Origin: Alphaproteobacteria bacterium
Lineage (GTDB): Bacteria > Pseudomonadota > Alphaproteobacteria > CALKHQ01
Assembly (NCBI GenBank): GCA_965227515.1
Contig: CBDDFZ010000001.1
Span: 448,001 to 512,000 of the forward strand
Length of the DNA: 64,000 nucleotides
Direction of reading: 5' to 3'
Shown here: positions 54,220 through 64,000 of the stretch, one piece after another
Layout: each line of letters starts with the position of its first letter
Position numbering within the stretch: position 1 is the stretch's first letter
Notes under the pieces: model-generated
Databases searched by the model: none
Seen by the model: only the letters and a program-made list of their open reading frames with translations
What the model was told of the DNA's origin: nothing
Position numbers and translations under genes: made by a program

Positions 54220-54729
54220 ATGGACAGGAAACACCCGAACAATTCTCGTGGATGGCGGTTGGCGGCATTGGGCGCCGTGGCCGCATTGTGCATGGGGGGC
54301 ACGACCGGGCCGGCGACGGCGCAAGGCGGCGTGGTTCCGAGCAACGGCCAGTTGATGCTGGCCGACACGTGCGACGTGACCTTCGGCGGCCGCCTGCTGG
54401 AAGAATGCGATTGCCTGCTGATGGTGATCGGCCAGGGCGGAACGTACGTGCTGAGCAGCGTCAACCTGGGCTGTGAGGGCTATGCCGGTATGGCCGGCCA
54501 GTTCCAGGGCGAACTGGGCTCAACCTCCGGCCTGCAACTGGCCTACGAGCGCAACTACGCGCAGGTGCAAAGCTCGCGCATGCAGGTCAGCGCCAGCCAG
54601 GCCCAATTGGCCGCCGTGGCGAGTGAGGCCGGCTGGCTGTTGCTGCGCCTGGAACTGCTGGGCCCGACGATCTTCGAGAACTCCCTGGGCCGCATCTGCA
54701 TCGACGGCGGCAGCGGTTCGCAATGTTGA
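54220..54729 (+). CDS. Exported hypothetical protein, Cys-containing
   Basis: Signal peptide (..PATA-Q); six Cys in the mature part; typical codon usage. Confidence 0.6.
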   Translation: MDRKHPNNSRGWRLAALGAVAALCMGGTTGPATAQGGVVPSNGQLMLADTCDVTFGGRLLEECDCLLMVIGQGGTYVLSSVNLGCEGYAGMAGQFQGELGSTSGLQLAYERNYAQVQSSRMQVSASQAQLAAVASEAGWLLLRLELLGPTIFENSLGRICIDGGSGSQC

Positions 54730-54843
54730 ATTGAGCTCAGGGCATCACGCGCCGTCGACGGGACCTTAAGAAGCGGCGGGTACGGTTCGGCCATTCGGCT
54801 CGCGTAATGCAGCGCCGACACTCTCTCAGCCATCGGCGGCGCG

Positions 54844-56115
54844 ATGATCGTCATCTCCAACGGGTTTTCCAAGTTCCACCTGGCGATCGCCGCCAGCGAG
54901 ATGGCGCGGCGCGACCGGCTGACGGCGATGCTAACCGGCGCCTACCCGACGCCGTTCGTGCGCCAAGTGGTCAAGCGCCTGGGCGGCCACGCCAAGCTCG
55001 CCCGCCTGCTGGCCCGCGCCGAGCAGGTGCCCGACGCGCTGGTCCATCCGCTGTGGATGGGCGAGGTGATGGACGGGGTGGCGCGGCGCTTCCACGGCAG
55101 CCCGCTGAACGGGCTGGCCGGAAAGCTGGAGGTCGCGGCCCACCGCCGCTATTCCAAGGCGGCGGCGACCGCGCTGCGCCGCCACGGCGCCGGTGCGCGC
55201 ATCTATCACTATCGTGCTGGCTTCGGCGGCCCTTCGGTGGCGACGGCCCGCGCCATGGGCATGATCCCGGTCTGCGACCACACCATCGCCCACCCGGCTC
55301 TGGTCGGCTATCTGGTCGAGAATGCCGGCGCGATGCCGCCGGCCGACGTGTCGCCGCCGCTGGACGGGTTCTGGACCCAGGTGATGGACGACATCCGGCT
55401 CGGCGACCACATCGTGGTCAATTCCGACTTCGTGAAGGACACGTTCGTCAATCGCGGCTGGGACCCGGACAAGATCACCGTGATCTATCTCGGCGTCGAC
55501 GACGCGTTCCTGGACGGGCTGCCGCCGCGCGACGTGGACGACGCAACCGATGGGCCATTGCGCTTGCTGTTCGCCGGCCATCTGAGCGCGCGCAAGGGCG
55601 GGCCGGACGTGGTCGCGGCCTTCAACATGCTGGACGATGTCGACTGGCGGCTGGAGATTGCCGGCAACATCGAGCCGGCGGTGCTGGCCGCCGACCCGGC
55701 GTTTTTCGAGGACCCGCGCGTGGTCCGGCTCGGCAGCCTGTCGCGTGCCGAGCTGGCCAAGGTCATGGCACGCAACGAGGTGTTCGTCTTCCCGTCGCTG
55801 GCCGAGGGCTCGGCGCGGGTGGTGTTCGAGGCGCTGGCCGCCGGCTGCTACGCCATCGTCACACCGAATGCCGGGTCAGTGGTGCAAGACGGGGTGCACG
55901 GCGCCCTGGTGCCGCCGGGCCGTCCGGATGCCATTGTCGATGCGGTGCGCGCCGCAGCCGCCGACCGTCCGCGTACGGCGCAGATCGGCGCCGCCAACGC
56001 CGCCGCCGTGCGCGACCACCACCGCCAGCGCCACTATGGCGATGGTTTGGTGGCGCTCTACGACCGGTTGTTGGGGAAACGAGGCGCGTCCGGCGTCGCC
56101 AAACCCACCGGTTGA
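54844..56115 (+). CDS. GT4-family glycosyltransferase
   Basis: VNSDFVK, LGVD, RKG, FVFPSLAEG....FEALAAG. Confidence 0.9.
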   Translation: MIVISNGFSKFHLAIAASEMARRDRLTAMLTGAYPTPFVRQVVKRLGGHAKLARLLARAEQVPDALVHPLWMGEVMDGVARRFHGSPLNGLAGKLEVAAHRRYSKAAATALRRHGAGARIYHYRAGFGGPSVATARAMGMIPVCDHTIAHPALVGYLVENAGAMPPADVSPPLDGFWTQVMDDIRLGDHIVVNSDFVKDTFVNRGWDPDKITVIYLGVDDAFLDGLPPRDVDDATDGPLRLLFAGHLSARKGGPDVVAAFNMLDDVDWRLEIAGNIEPAVLAADPAFFEDPRVVRLGSLSRAELAKVMARNEVFVFPSLAEGSARVVFEALAAGCYAIVTPNAGSVVQDGVHGALVPPGRPDAIVDAVRAAAADRPRTAQIGAANAAAVRDHHRQRHYGDGLVALYDRLLGKRGASGVAKPTG

Positions 56116-56288
56116 CGCCCTCGCCCTTGTGGCGAGGGCCCATTTGTGGGGCGGGCCCAGCCGTTTCCGAGAGACGCTGCCAAAGCCGGCCCGGTCACAG
56201 CACCTGCCGCCACCCCGGACGGCGTTTTGCCTCAAGCCATTGGTGTATTGGACGAGAATGGGTCCTCGCCACAAGGGCGAGGACGACG
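56113..56288. repeat. ~175-bp CGTC-tagged palindromic repeat (family B), copy 1
   Basis: Terminal inverted hairpins (G)YCCTCGCCCTTGTGGCGAGG(G/A)CCCA; homologous, including the interior, to the reverse complement of 63296-63472. Confidence 0.85.
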
Positions 56289-56296
56289 ATAATCTC

Positions 56297-57514
56297 TTAG
56301 GCCCCCAGGGCGCGCTTCAAATTGCCGTCGATGGCGTCGAAGAAGCCTGCCGAGGTCAGCCAGTCCTGATCGTCGCCGACCAGCAGCGCCAGGTCCTTGG
56401 TCATCTGGCCGCCTTCCACGGTGTCGATGCAGACTTTCTCCAGCGTATCGGCGAATTTCTCCACTTCGGGCGTGCTGTCGAACTTGCCGCGGTACTTCAG
56501 CCCACGGGTCCAGGCGAAGATCGACGCGATTGGGTTGGTCGACGTCTCCTTGCCTTCCTGCCACTGGCGGTAGTGGCGGGTGACGGTGCCGTGCGCGGCC
56601 TCCGCCTCCACGGTCTGGCCATCGGGCGTCATCAGCACCGAGGTCATCAGGCCCAGCGAGCCGAAGCCCTGCGCCACCGTGTCGGACTGCACGTCGCCGT
56701 CGTAGTTCTTGCAGGCCCACACGAACCCGCCTTCCCACTTCATGGCGCAGGCGACCATATCGTCGATCAGCCGGTGCTCGTAGGTCAGCCCGGCCTCGTC
56801 GTACTTGGCCTTGAACTCGGTGTCGAAGATCTCCTGGAACAGGTCTTTGAAGCGCCCGTCATAGGCTTTCATGATCGTGTTCTTGGTCGACAGATACAGC
56901 GGATAGCCGCGCTGCAGGCCATAGTTCATGCAGGCGCGCGCAAAGCCGGCGATGCTCTCGTCGACGTTGTACATCGACATCGCGACACCGCTGCCCTCGA
57001 AGTGGAACACCTCGTGGCTGACCGGTTCGCCGCCGCCATCGGGCGTGAAGGTCATGGTCAGCTTGCCCGGCCCCGGCACCTTGATATCGGTGGCGCGGTA
57101 CTGGTCGCCGAACGCATGGCGGCCGATCACGATCGGCTTGGTCCAGCCCGGCACGTAGCGCGGCACGTTGGAGCAGATGATCGGCTCGCGGAACACGGTG
57201 CCGCCGATGATGTTGCGGATGGTGCCGTTGGGCGAGCGGTACATGCGCTTCAGCCCGAACTCCTCCACCCGCGCCTCGTCCGGCGTGATGGTGGCGCACT
57301 TGACGCCGACCCCGTACTTCTTGATCGCGTTGGCCGCATCGACGGTGATCTGGTCGTCGGTCTCGTCGCGCTTCTCGATGCCCAGGTCGTAGTATTCCAG
57401 CTTGATGTCGAGATAGGGCTCGATCAGCCGGTCCTTGATCCACTGCCAGATCACCCTGGTCATTTCGTCGCCGTCGATCTCAACGACCGGTGTCTTCACC
57501 TCAATCTTGCTCAT
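56297..57514 (-). CDS. icd: NADP-dependent isocitrate dehydrogenase
   Basis: [46 protein letters not shown]. Confidence 0.98.
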   Translation of the reverse strand: MSKIEVKTPVVEIDGDEMTRVIWQWIKDRLIEPYLDIKLEYYDLGIEKRDETDDQITVDAANAIKKYGVGVKCATITPDEARVEEFGLKRMYRSPNGTIRNIIGGTVFREPIICSNVPRYVPGWTKPIVIGRHAFGDQYRATDIKVPGPGKLTMTFTPDGGGEPVSHEVFHFEGSGVAMSMYNVDESIAGFARACMNYGLQRGYPLYLSTKNTIMKAYDGRFKDLFQEIFDTEFKAKYDEAGLTYEHRLIDDMVACAMKWEGGFVWACKNYDGDVQSDTVAQGFGSLGLMTSVLMTPDGQTVEAEAAHGTVTRHYRQWQEGKETSTNPIASIFAWTRGLKYRGKFDSTPEVEKFADTLEKVCIDTVEGGQMTKDLALLVGDDQDWLTSAGFFDAIDGNLKRALGA

Positions 57515-57569
57515 CTGATCCTCGTCTGAGAGTCCGATTTACGCGCGTCGCTCTCATTGTACTCATTGT

Positions 57570-57652
57570 ACGCCAGCCCTCATCCCCACCCGGTCAGCCA
57601 CAGAACGCATCATGCCTGGGTGGCCGGGTGGGGGAGAGGGCCGGTGCCGAAT
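57570..57652. repeat. Palindromic repeat family A, copy 4 (degenerate left arm)
   Basis: Right arm TGGGTGGCCGGGTGGGGGAGAGGGCCGGTGCCGA; preceded by a tandem 9-mer CTCATTGTA x2. Confidence 0.85.
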
Positions 57653-57670
57653 TGGCGCTAGAACAACGCG

Positions 57671-58300
57671 CTACATCCATTTCTGTTTCAGGTCGGACTG
57701 CGGCTGTGCGGTTTCCGCAATGGCGGCGGGTACGTCGGCCACGTCCGACACCACCGTCACCAGCCCGCGGTGTTCCGGCCCCAGATAGCCGGTTGCCGCC
57801 ATATCGTCCAGCAACGCCGTCAGGTGGCGCCAGTAACCGTCGACGTCGATCACGATCACCGGCTTGTTGTGCAGCCCGAGCTGCCGCCAGGTCACGATCT
57901 CGAAGGTCTCGTCCAGGGTGCCAAGCCCGCCCGGCAGCACCAGGAAGGCGTCGGACAGCTCGGCCATGCGCTGCTTGCGCAGGTGCATGTTGTCGACGAT
58001 TTCCAGCCGGGTGACGCCGGAATGGCCGACCTCGTGCTCGTGCAGGAAGGTCGGGATGATGCCGATCACCTCGGCCCCCGCCTCCAGCGCGGCATCGGCC
58101 ACCCGGCCCATCAGGCCGACGCGACCGCCGCCGAAGACCAGCCGCCAGCCATTCGCGCCGCACATCCGGCCCAGCGCGTCGGCCGCGGCCTTGTGCGTGT
58201 CGGGGCCGCGATTGGATGACCCGCAATAGACGCAGACGCTGATGCCGGAGGTGCCCGGCCCCATGTCTGCGGACTGTTCCGGGGCTTTGGAGCGTTCCAT
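57671..58300 (-). CDS. LOG-family (TIGR00730) nucleotide phosphoribohydrolase
   Basis: CVYCGSS, GGG.VGLMG, MH.RK..M, PGGLGTLDE; start 58300 or 58264. Confidence 0.92.
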   Translation of the reverse strand: MERSKAPEQSADMGPGTSGISVCVYCGSSNRGPDTHKAAADALGRMCGANGWRLVFGGGRVGLMGRVADAALEAGAEVIGIIPTFLHEHEVGHSGVTRLEIVDNMHLRKQRMAELSDAFLVLPGGLGTLDETFEIVTWRQLGLHNKPVIVIDVDGYWRHLTALLDDMAATGYLGPEHRGLVTVVSDVADVPAAIAETAQPQSDLKQKWM

Positions 58301-58629
58301 ATCTGAGGACTGTTTGGGCAATCGCCACTCCCACGGGCGCGCGCCGCCCGGTGGGCGGCACACGGCCCGACAACAACAAAAAGCGCCGAACGGGGGCTGC
58401 CCGATCGGCTGTCGCACCAGCCTATGCCAGACCCGGCGCCAACAGGCAAGTCCCGCACCGTCCAGGCGGCGGCGAGCACCGGTTTGGCGCGCCCGTCGCG
58501 TTCATGCCATATTGCTGTGCCTGACTGGTTGCGCCGTTAGGTGCTAATGCTGTGCGTCCGAGACGTTGGGCTGTGCCGCGTCGCGCGGCGTATCGCCCGC
58601 GCGATGGACGCAATTGGAGATCCGATCCC

Positions 58630-61600
58630 GTGAACAAGTCTCTCAGCCTGGTGATTGCGGTTCTGGTCATCGCGGTGGCGATTGCCGTTTATGTCGGTTC
58701 GCTCGAGGACGAGGAGCCCGACCCGCAGACCGGCCCGGATAGCGACGTCAGCGATACCGACACGGGTGACGACACCGACACGGGTGACGATGCCGACACA
58801 CCGGAGGATGCCGATAGCGATACGCCGGCCTCCGACGATGCTACCGACGAGCCGGCGTCCGATGACGCAGTTGATGAGCCCGCATCCGACGATGCGGCTG
58901 ACGAACCGGCGTCCGACGACGCCACCGACGAACCGGCTTCCGATGACGCGGCTGACGAACCGGCGCCTGACGATGCGACCGATGAGCCCGCATCCGACGA
59001 CGCCACCGACGAGCCGGCGTCCGACGACGCCACAGACGACGCCACAGACGAGCCGGCATCCGATGACGCCACCGACGAACCGGCATCCGACGACGCGGCT
59101 GACGAACCGGCATCCGACGACGCCACCGACGAACCGGCATCCGATGACGCGACCGACGAGCCGGCATCCGACGACGCGACCGACGAGCCGGCTTCCAACG
59201 ACGCCACCGACGAACCGGCATCCGATGACGCGACCGACGAACCGGCATCCGACGACGCGACCGATGAGCCGGCATCCGACGACGCCGCGGCGGACGATGC
59301 TCCCGGTGACATGGACATCGACACCAATGCGGCGATCAGTGTCGAAGATCCGAACGCGGACGCGCTCGAACTGCCGCTGGAGCCCGAAACGCCTGACGCA
59401 GGCGACACCGACGCGGCGCCCGCCGACGAAGACGCAACGGTCGAAGATGACCCCGATATCGCGCCGGACGATCAGTCCGACGCCGCCATTGGTGACGCGC
59501 CCGACGCAAGCCTGGCAGACGTGGCGGACGAGACACCCGCCGTGGATATCGCCGAGGACGTGGCCGAGGACACGATCGACGAAGCGGTTGAGGACCTTGC
59601 CGCCACCGACGGCCCGGTCGATGTGCCGGTGGCGGTGGAAGACGCCACTGCCGAAGACGTGGCCGAAGACGTGGCCGAAGACTTGGCCGAAGACTTGGCT
59701 GAGGATGTCGTCGAGGACTTGGCCGAGGACGTCGTCGCGGACGGGACCGAGATTCTCGGCGACGAAACAGCGCCTGACGCGGTCGACCCCGCGCAGGAGG
59801 TCGTCGAACACATCGTCACCGATGCCGCTGATGAGATCGCGGAGGATCTGGCGGCTGTCGACGACGCGCCGATCGACGAAGCGGCGCCGGGCGACCTCGT
59901 CGACGTGCCGGCGGAGGATGGGTTGCCGGCTGATGACACCGGCCCCGTTGTTGCCGAGGACACGCCGGAGGTCCTGGACGAGGATGTGGCGGTCGTCGAA
60001 GACGCGCCAGTGGACGATGTGCCGGTGGCCGATGTGCCGGTGGCCGATGCGCCCGTGAACAATGCGCCGGTGGACGATGCGCCCGTGGCCGATGCGCCCG
60101 TGGATGAAATGCCAATCGACCAGGCGCCAACCGATACCGTGGACGCCGATGTCCTGGAGCCCGACACCGACGTCGCGGACGCGGATGTACCGGCCGAGAT
60201 CGCCGACACCGACGTCGCGGACGCGGATGTACCGGCCGAGACCGCCGACACCGACGTCGCGGACGCCGATGTGCCGGCCGAGACCGCCGATGCCATTGAG
60301 ACGATCGGCGAGACCACGGACGAAACGGTTTCGTCGGTGGTCGACTTGGCCGACTCCATCGCGGAATCGCTGGCGAACCCATCCGAGACTGCGGATGCGG
60401 ATGCGCCCGACACCGAGGCGCCCGACACTGAGGCGATAACCGCGCTGGACGACCCGGTCGAGCCGGCGACGCCCGACGAGCCCACAGCAGACCAGGCCCC
60501 GTCCGACCGGCCGGCGGACGATCTGCGCCCCCGCGACGAGTCGACCCTGGTCGACGCCATGCCTGAGCAGCCCGACGACCAGGATGGACCGGTCGCCGAT
60601 GTGGCGGACGCGGCGGATATGGCCCCAGAAAACACAACGGAAGAAACAGCCGAAGACCCAGTGGAAGACGTTGTGGCAGACGCCGTCGAAGACGGCCCGG
60701 TCGCGGATGTGGCGGCCGACGGTGTCGACGATGCCGCCGACCCGGCCTCCGAGGACGGCACCAGCACGCCAGTGATCGCCGGCGTGCCCGGCGATGTGCC
60801 GGAAGAAACCGACGCCGCCGTCGTGGAGGCGCCGGGCGACAGCCTGAACGGCGATGAGGTCGCCATTCTCGACCGCCCATCGCTGCTGCCGTCTGACGAC
60901 ACGCCGGATCAGGACCAGGCCGCCAGCGATGAGCCCGCCCTGGACGCGCCGCTGGATACCGGGCCCAACACCGCCTCCGACGTGCCGGATTCCGCCACCG
61001 CCATCGGTGAGGACGCGCCCGTGCGCACCCTCAGCGACAGCCAGCAGGACGTGGAGGAGGGGCCGACCTACGACGTGGTCCGCGTGTCCGGCAGCGGCAT
61101 GCTCACCATCGCCGGCCTCGGCACGCCCTACACCAAGATCGTGCTGACCAAGGACGGCGAGGTCATCGGCGAGGAAATCTCCGACTCCCAGGGCAACTGG
61201 GTGTTCTTCGGGCTCGATCCGCTGCCGCCCGGCGTCCATCGCATCGGCGCCATCGAGATCAAGCCGGACGGCTCGCAGGTGCCGTCTGAGAACCTGGTGC
61301 TGATCGTGGTGCCCGAACGCGGCGCCGACATTGCCGGGCGCACCGGCAACGACCGCGCCGACCAGCCATTGGTGATGCTGGTGCCGAGCGACGGCGGCCC
61401 GGCCTCTGTCGTCATGCAGGTGCCGGAGCCCGACCAGCCTGTGGTCGCGGATGCGGCCGATGCCGAGGAGGGCGACAGCCCGATCATCTTCGATCGGCCG
61501 GCGATGCCCGGCGCGGACGACGAGGCGGTTGCCGACAATGATGCGGCCGACAGCGATGTCGTGGAGCCGGCCGAGGTGGCCGACGCCTCCGCCGATGAAC

Positions 61601-62289
61601 CGATTGACGGCCCAGTGGATAGTTTGGCCAGCGACGACCCGGAGGACAGCGCCCCCATCGGCGATCTGGCGCTGGCCGACCCGGCCGACACGCCGGCGCC
61701 CCTGGTGCCGGACCGTACCGTCGAGGACATCGCGGTCGATCCCGATGTTGCGGAAGACGGTCCTGCCGACGACGGGTCCGAGGCCGATGAGGCGCCCCTG
61801 CTGTCGCGCACCCCGATGCCGGAAGGCGACGAAACCGGAGAGGACGCCGACATCGGCGTCGGCGTGGTCGACTATGACGACGGCGGCGTTATCAACTTCA
61901 CCGGCGACGCACCGCCGGGGGCGACCGTGCAGGTCTATCTCGACAACGTCGCGCTGGGCATCACCGAGGCCGAGCCGAGCGGTGCCTGGCAGCTCGCGCC
62001 GACCCAGGTGGTGCCGGTAGGCCGTCATGAGATCCGGATCGACCAGATCGCGCCCAATGGCGACGTGATCGCCCGCATCGAACTGCCGTTCGAGCGCGCG
62101 GCCCCCATCGACGACATGCCGACCAATGCCTATGTCGTGGTGGAGCCGGGGCAGAGCCTGTGGCGGATCGCGCGCCGGGTCTATGGCGAGGGCATCCGCT
62201 ACACCGAGATCTATGCCGCCAATGCCGGCCAGATCGCGGACCCGAATATGATCTATCCGGGCCAGGTGTTCATCATCCCCAACGGGTGA
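58630..62289 (+). CDS. Membrane-anchored LysM / Ig-like protein with a very long acidic tandem-repeat region
   Basis: GGAG + GTG start; N-terminal TM; Asp/Glu/Ala/Pro repeats; PTYDVVRV and VVDYDDGG Ig-like domains; LysM VVEPGQSLWRIARRVYG...IYPGQVF.IP. Confidence 0.9.
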   Translation: MNKSLSLVIAVLVIAVAIAVYVGSLEDEEPDPQTGPDSDVSDTDTGDDTDTGDDADTPEDADSDTPASDDATDEPASDDAVDEPASDDAADEPASDDATDEPASDDAADEPAPDDATDEPASDDATDEPASDDATDDATDEPASDDATDEPASDDAADEPASDDATDEPASDDATDEPASDDATDEPASNDATDEPASDDATDEPASDDATDEPASDDAAADDAPGDMDIDTNAAISVEDPNADALELPLEPETPDAGDTDAAPADEDATVEDDPDIAPDDQSDAAIGDAPDASLADVADETPAVDIAEDVAEDTIDEAVEDLAATDGPVDVPVAVEDATAEDVAEDVAEDLAEDLAEDVVEDLAEDVVADGTEILGDETAPDAVDPAQEVVEHIVTDAADEIAEDLAAVDDAPIDEAAPGDLVDVPAEDGLPADDTGPVVAEDTPEVLDEDVAVVEDAPVDDVPVADVPVADAPVNNAPVDDAPVADAPVDEMPIDQAPTDTVDADVLEPDTDVADADVPAEIADTDVADADVPAETADTDVADADVPAETADAIETIGETTDETVSSVVDLADSIAESLANPSETADADAPDTEAPDTEAITALDDPVEPATPDEPTADQAPSDRPADDLRPRDESTLVDAMPEQPDDQDGPVADVADAADMAPENTTEETAEDPVEDVVADAVEDGPVADVAADGVDDAADPASEDGTSTPVIAGVPGDVPEETDAAVVEAPGDSLNGDEVAILDRPSLLPSDDTPDQDQAASDEPALDAPLDTGPNTASDVPDSATAIGEDAPVRTLSDSQQDVEEGPTYDVVRVSGSGMLTIAGLGTPYTKIVLTKDGEVIGEEISDSQGNWVFFGLDPLPPGVHRIGAIEIKPDGSQVPSENLVLIVVPERGADIAGRTGNDRADQPLVMLVPSDGGPASVVMQVPEPDQPVVADAADAEEGDSPIIFDRPAMPGADDEAVADNDAADSDVVEPAEVADASADEPIDGPVDSLASDDPEDSAPIGDLALADPADTPAPLVPDRTVEDIAVDPDVAEDGPADDGSEADEAPLLSRTPMPEGDETGEDADIGVGVVDYDDGGVINFTGDAPPGATVQVYLDNVALGITEAEPSGAWQLAPTQVVPVGRHEIRIDQIAPNGDVIARIELPFERAAPIDDMPTNAYVVVEPGQSLWRIARRVYGEGIRYTEIYAANAGQIADPNMIYPGQVFIIPNG
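58819..59289 (+). repeat. Coding 27-bp tandem repeat (DEPASDDAT x17 plus one 12-bp partial unit)
   Basis: Counted in the translation; variation is mostly synonymous. Confidence 0.95.
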
Positions 62290-62297
62290 GTCCATTT

Positions 62298-62419
62298 CGT
62301 CATTGCGAGCGAAGCGAAGCAATCCAGGCGATTGCCGCGACTATGCCCGAGATGCCTCTGGATTGCCGCGTCGCGCCCGCCCTCGCTTGGCGATAGGGCA
62401 GGCGCTCCTCGCAATGACG
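62298..62419. repeat. CGTC-tagged palindromic repeat (family C, RPE-like)
   Basis: CGTCATTGCGAGCGAAGCGAAGCAATCCA ... TGGATTGCCGCG...CTCGCAATGACG. Confidence 0.85.
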
Positions 62420-62475
62420 GCAAAGTTCCGCAACGCCACCGCCATCGCAACCGCGCTTTCGGTGCCCCGCCACTG

Positions 62476-62493
62476 CTGACATAATGTTGTCAG
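62476..62493. promoter_or_regulatory. Palindromic operator upstream of the WYL regulator
   Basis: CTGACA-TAATGT-TGTCAG, 23 nt before the start codon. Confidence 0.65.
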
Positions 62494-62516
62494 TAGGGGC
62501 GGGGTAAACCTCCACC

Positions 62517-63200
62517 ATGCGGCGTGCCGACCGGTTGTTCCAGATCATCGAGTTTCTGCGTGCCCGCCGGCGCGCGGTAACGGCGCACGAGATCGCCGAG
62601 ACCCTGGAGGTCTCGGTGCGCACCATTTATCGCGACATGGCCGACCTGGTGATGTCCGGCGTGCCGATCGAGGGCGAGGCCGGGGTCGGCTATGTGCTGC
62701 GCGACGGCTTCCACTTGCCGCCGATCATGCTGGACCGCGACGAGATCGAGGCGGTGGCGCTGGGCATGGCCCTGGTATCGCGCTGGGCCGATCCGCCGCT
62801 GGCGTCCGCCGCCGAGCGGGTGCGGGCCAAGCTCGCCTCGGTGCTGCCGCGCCATATGTCCGGTGACTTCGCCAACGCCATGCTGTTCGCGCCCGCGTTC
62901 CCCGGCAATTTCGGCGCGCCGGAGGTGATGACCCAGTTGCGGCTGGCGGTGCGCGAGCGCCAGCGGGTGGCCCTGAACTACACCGACGTCAACGGCAACA
63001 ACACCGAGCGCGAGGTCCGCCCGCTGGGCCTCGCCTTCTTCGCCCCGCACTGGACCCTGGCGTCATGGTGCGAGTTGCGGGAGGATTTCCGCACCTTCCG
63101 GCTCGACCGGATGCTGAAGGTCTTGCCGACCGGCACCAATTTCCGCGACGAGCCCGGCAAGCGGATGGCCGACTACGTCAAGCGCTCGATGAGTTGTTGA
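62517..63200 (+). CDS. YafY-family wHTH-WYL transcriptional regulator
   Basis: MRRADRLFQII, LEVSVRTIYRD, GEAGVGY, WTLASWCELREDFRTFRLDRM. Confidence 0.93.
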   Translation: MRRADRLFQIIEFLRARRRAVTAHEIAETLEVSVRTIYRDMADLVMSGVPIEGEAGVGYVLRDGFHLPPIMLDRDEIEAVALGMALVSRWADPPLASAAERVRAKLASVLPRHMSGDFANAMLFAPAFPGNFGAPEVMTQLRLAVRERQRVALNYTDVNGNNTEREVRPLGLAFFAPHWTLASWCELREDFRTFRLDRMLKVLPTGTNFRDEPGKRMADYVKRSMSC

Positions 63201-63295
63201 TTCTTTCGATTCTGGCTCGCAGCCCCTCCTTCGAGCAGGCTACCTGATCTTCATCAGCCCCCACGCCTCGCCCGGCTCCTGCAACAGCAAGCTAT

Positions 63296-63472
63296 TGTCG
63301 TCCTCGCCCTTGTGGCGAGGACCCATTCATAGCCAGTACTTCAACGGGTTGAGGTGAATCGCTGTGAGAGGTGGCAGGCGGCCGGATGCGATGGTCCGAC
63401 TCAGCCAACTCCTTTCGGCACTGGCCCGGACCGCCCCACAAATGGGCCCTCGCGACAAGCGCGAGGGCGACG
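63296..63472. repeat. Family B repeat, copy 2 (inverted relative to copy 1)
   Basis: TGTCGTCCTCGCCCTTGTGGCGAGGACCCA ... TGGGCCCTCGCGACAAGCGCGAGGGCGACG. Confidence 0.85.
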
Positions 63473-63475
63473 GGG

Positions 63476-64000
63476 TCAATTCCGCGGTGGTGGCGGGCCC
63501 TGGCCCGGCCGTGGCGGCGGCGGGCCTTGTCCAGGACCTTGGCCTTGTCCGGGACCTTGTCCCTGCCCCGGCCCTTGGCCCTGTCCGGGTCCTTGCCCCT
63601 GCCGACCGCCGCCGAGGGTGAACGACGGGTCGGGCGTACCCATGAAGCAGCGCGGAATGAACGGGAACGTGTCGGTCAGCACATAATGATAGATGCCGCC
63701 CGGGTATTCCGGCGTCGCCGCGAAACGGCCGTTGCACTGGTCGAGGTCGCCCAGGCCCGGCACGTATTCGTAGTCCTGCACGAACGTGCCGTCATGGGCG
63801 CCGCCGGGACCGCCGGTGCGCTGGCCGCTCCTGACCCGCCAGCTCGACCGCAACGGCACGACCTGGCCGCCGGCAACCGACGGGTCGGCATAGCCGGTGC
63901 GAATGTAGATCGGAAAGCCGTCGGCGGCCCAGCCGATCAGCTGGCCGTGGCCGTCGCCATGCACCCGCGCGGCCAACGCCGCCGGGATGCCGTGATAGTG
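63476..64000 (-). CDS. YHYH-domain protein (5' end outside the window) with a Gly/Gln/Pro tail
   Basis: HYHG, IGWAADGFPIY, GDLDQCNGR, YHYVLT..FP..PRC; (QGQGPG)n tail. Confidence 0.85.
   Translation of the reverse strand, partial: HYHGIPAALAARVHGDGHGQLIGWAADGFPIYIRTGYADPSVAGGQVVPLRSSWRVRSGQRTGGPGGAHDGTFVQDYEYVPGLGDLDQCNGRFAATPEYPGGIYHYVLTDTFPFIPRCFMGTPDPSFTLGGGRQGQGPGQGQGPGQGQGPGQGQGPGQGPPPPRPGQGPPPPRN

Noticed and set aside
58484-58500. Sigma54 promoter upstream of the LysM gene (TGGCGC-N5-TCGC)
   Set aside because: Two mismatches to consensus in GC-rich DNA; likely a chance match
58819-59289. 27-bp periodic repeats as a CRISPR array
   Set aside because: No unique spacers, in-frame coding with synonymous variation, and no cas genes
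58537-62322. 1261-aa antisense ORF (and other long shadow ORFs such as 31605-34523, 19466-21979, 36086-38107)
   Set aside because: They mirror well-supported genes on the opposite strand; lack of stops is expected from high-GC codon bias, and they carry no motifs

Overview
GC-rich chromosomal window from an alphaproteobacterium (probably Rhodospirillales-like, inferred from gene content), with about 60 CDS and no rRNA, tRNA or CRISPR array. Housekeeping and metabolic genes include dxs, icd, ubiA, a glycerol ABC cluster (glpVSTPQU), amtB-glnK, alkB, a sigma54 psp locus, Hsp20-DUF1150, otnK, glcE, and a MerR/cation-efflux pair. Mobile DNA comprises an IS630 with an IS5-family element inserted at its end, and four families of dispersed palindromic repeats. 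The most notable accessory features are: (1) a secreted two-gene module whose second gene is a stand-alone VHL beta-domain retaining the hydroxyproline-pocket residues; (2) an orphan NACHT/STAND NTPase whose pentapeptide-repeat C-terminus is encoded by a low-GC cassette; (3) PspA and PspC that both carry His/Arg/Gly-rich tracts, with no pspB; (4) an orphan caspase/C80-like (His-Gly...Cys) protein behind a repeated G-tract leader; (5) a ~1220-aa hyper-acidic tandem-repeat LysM protein; (6) an SD-sequestering stem in the Hsp20 leader. All functional calls come from recalled motifs, not database searches.
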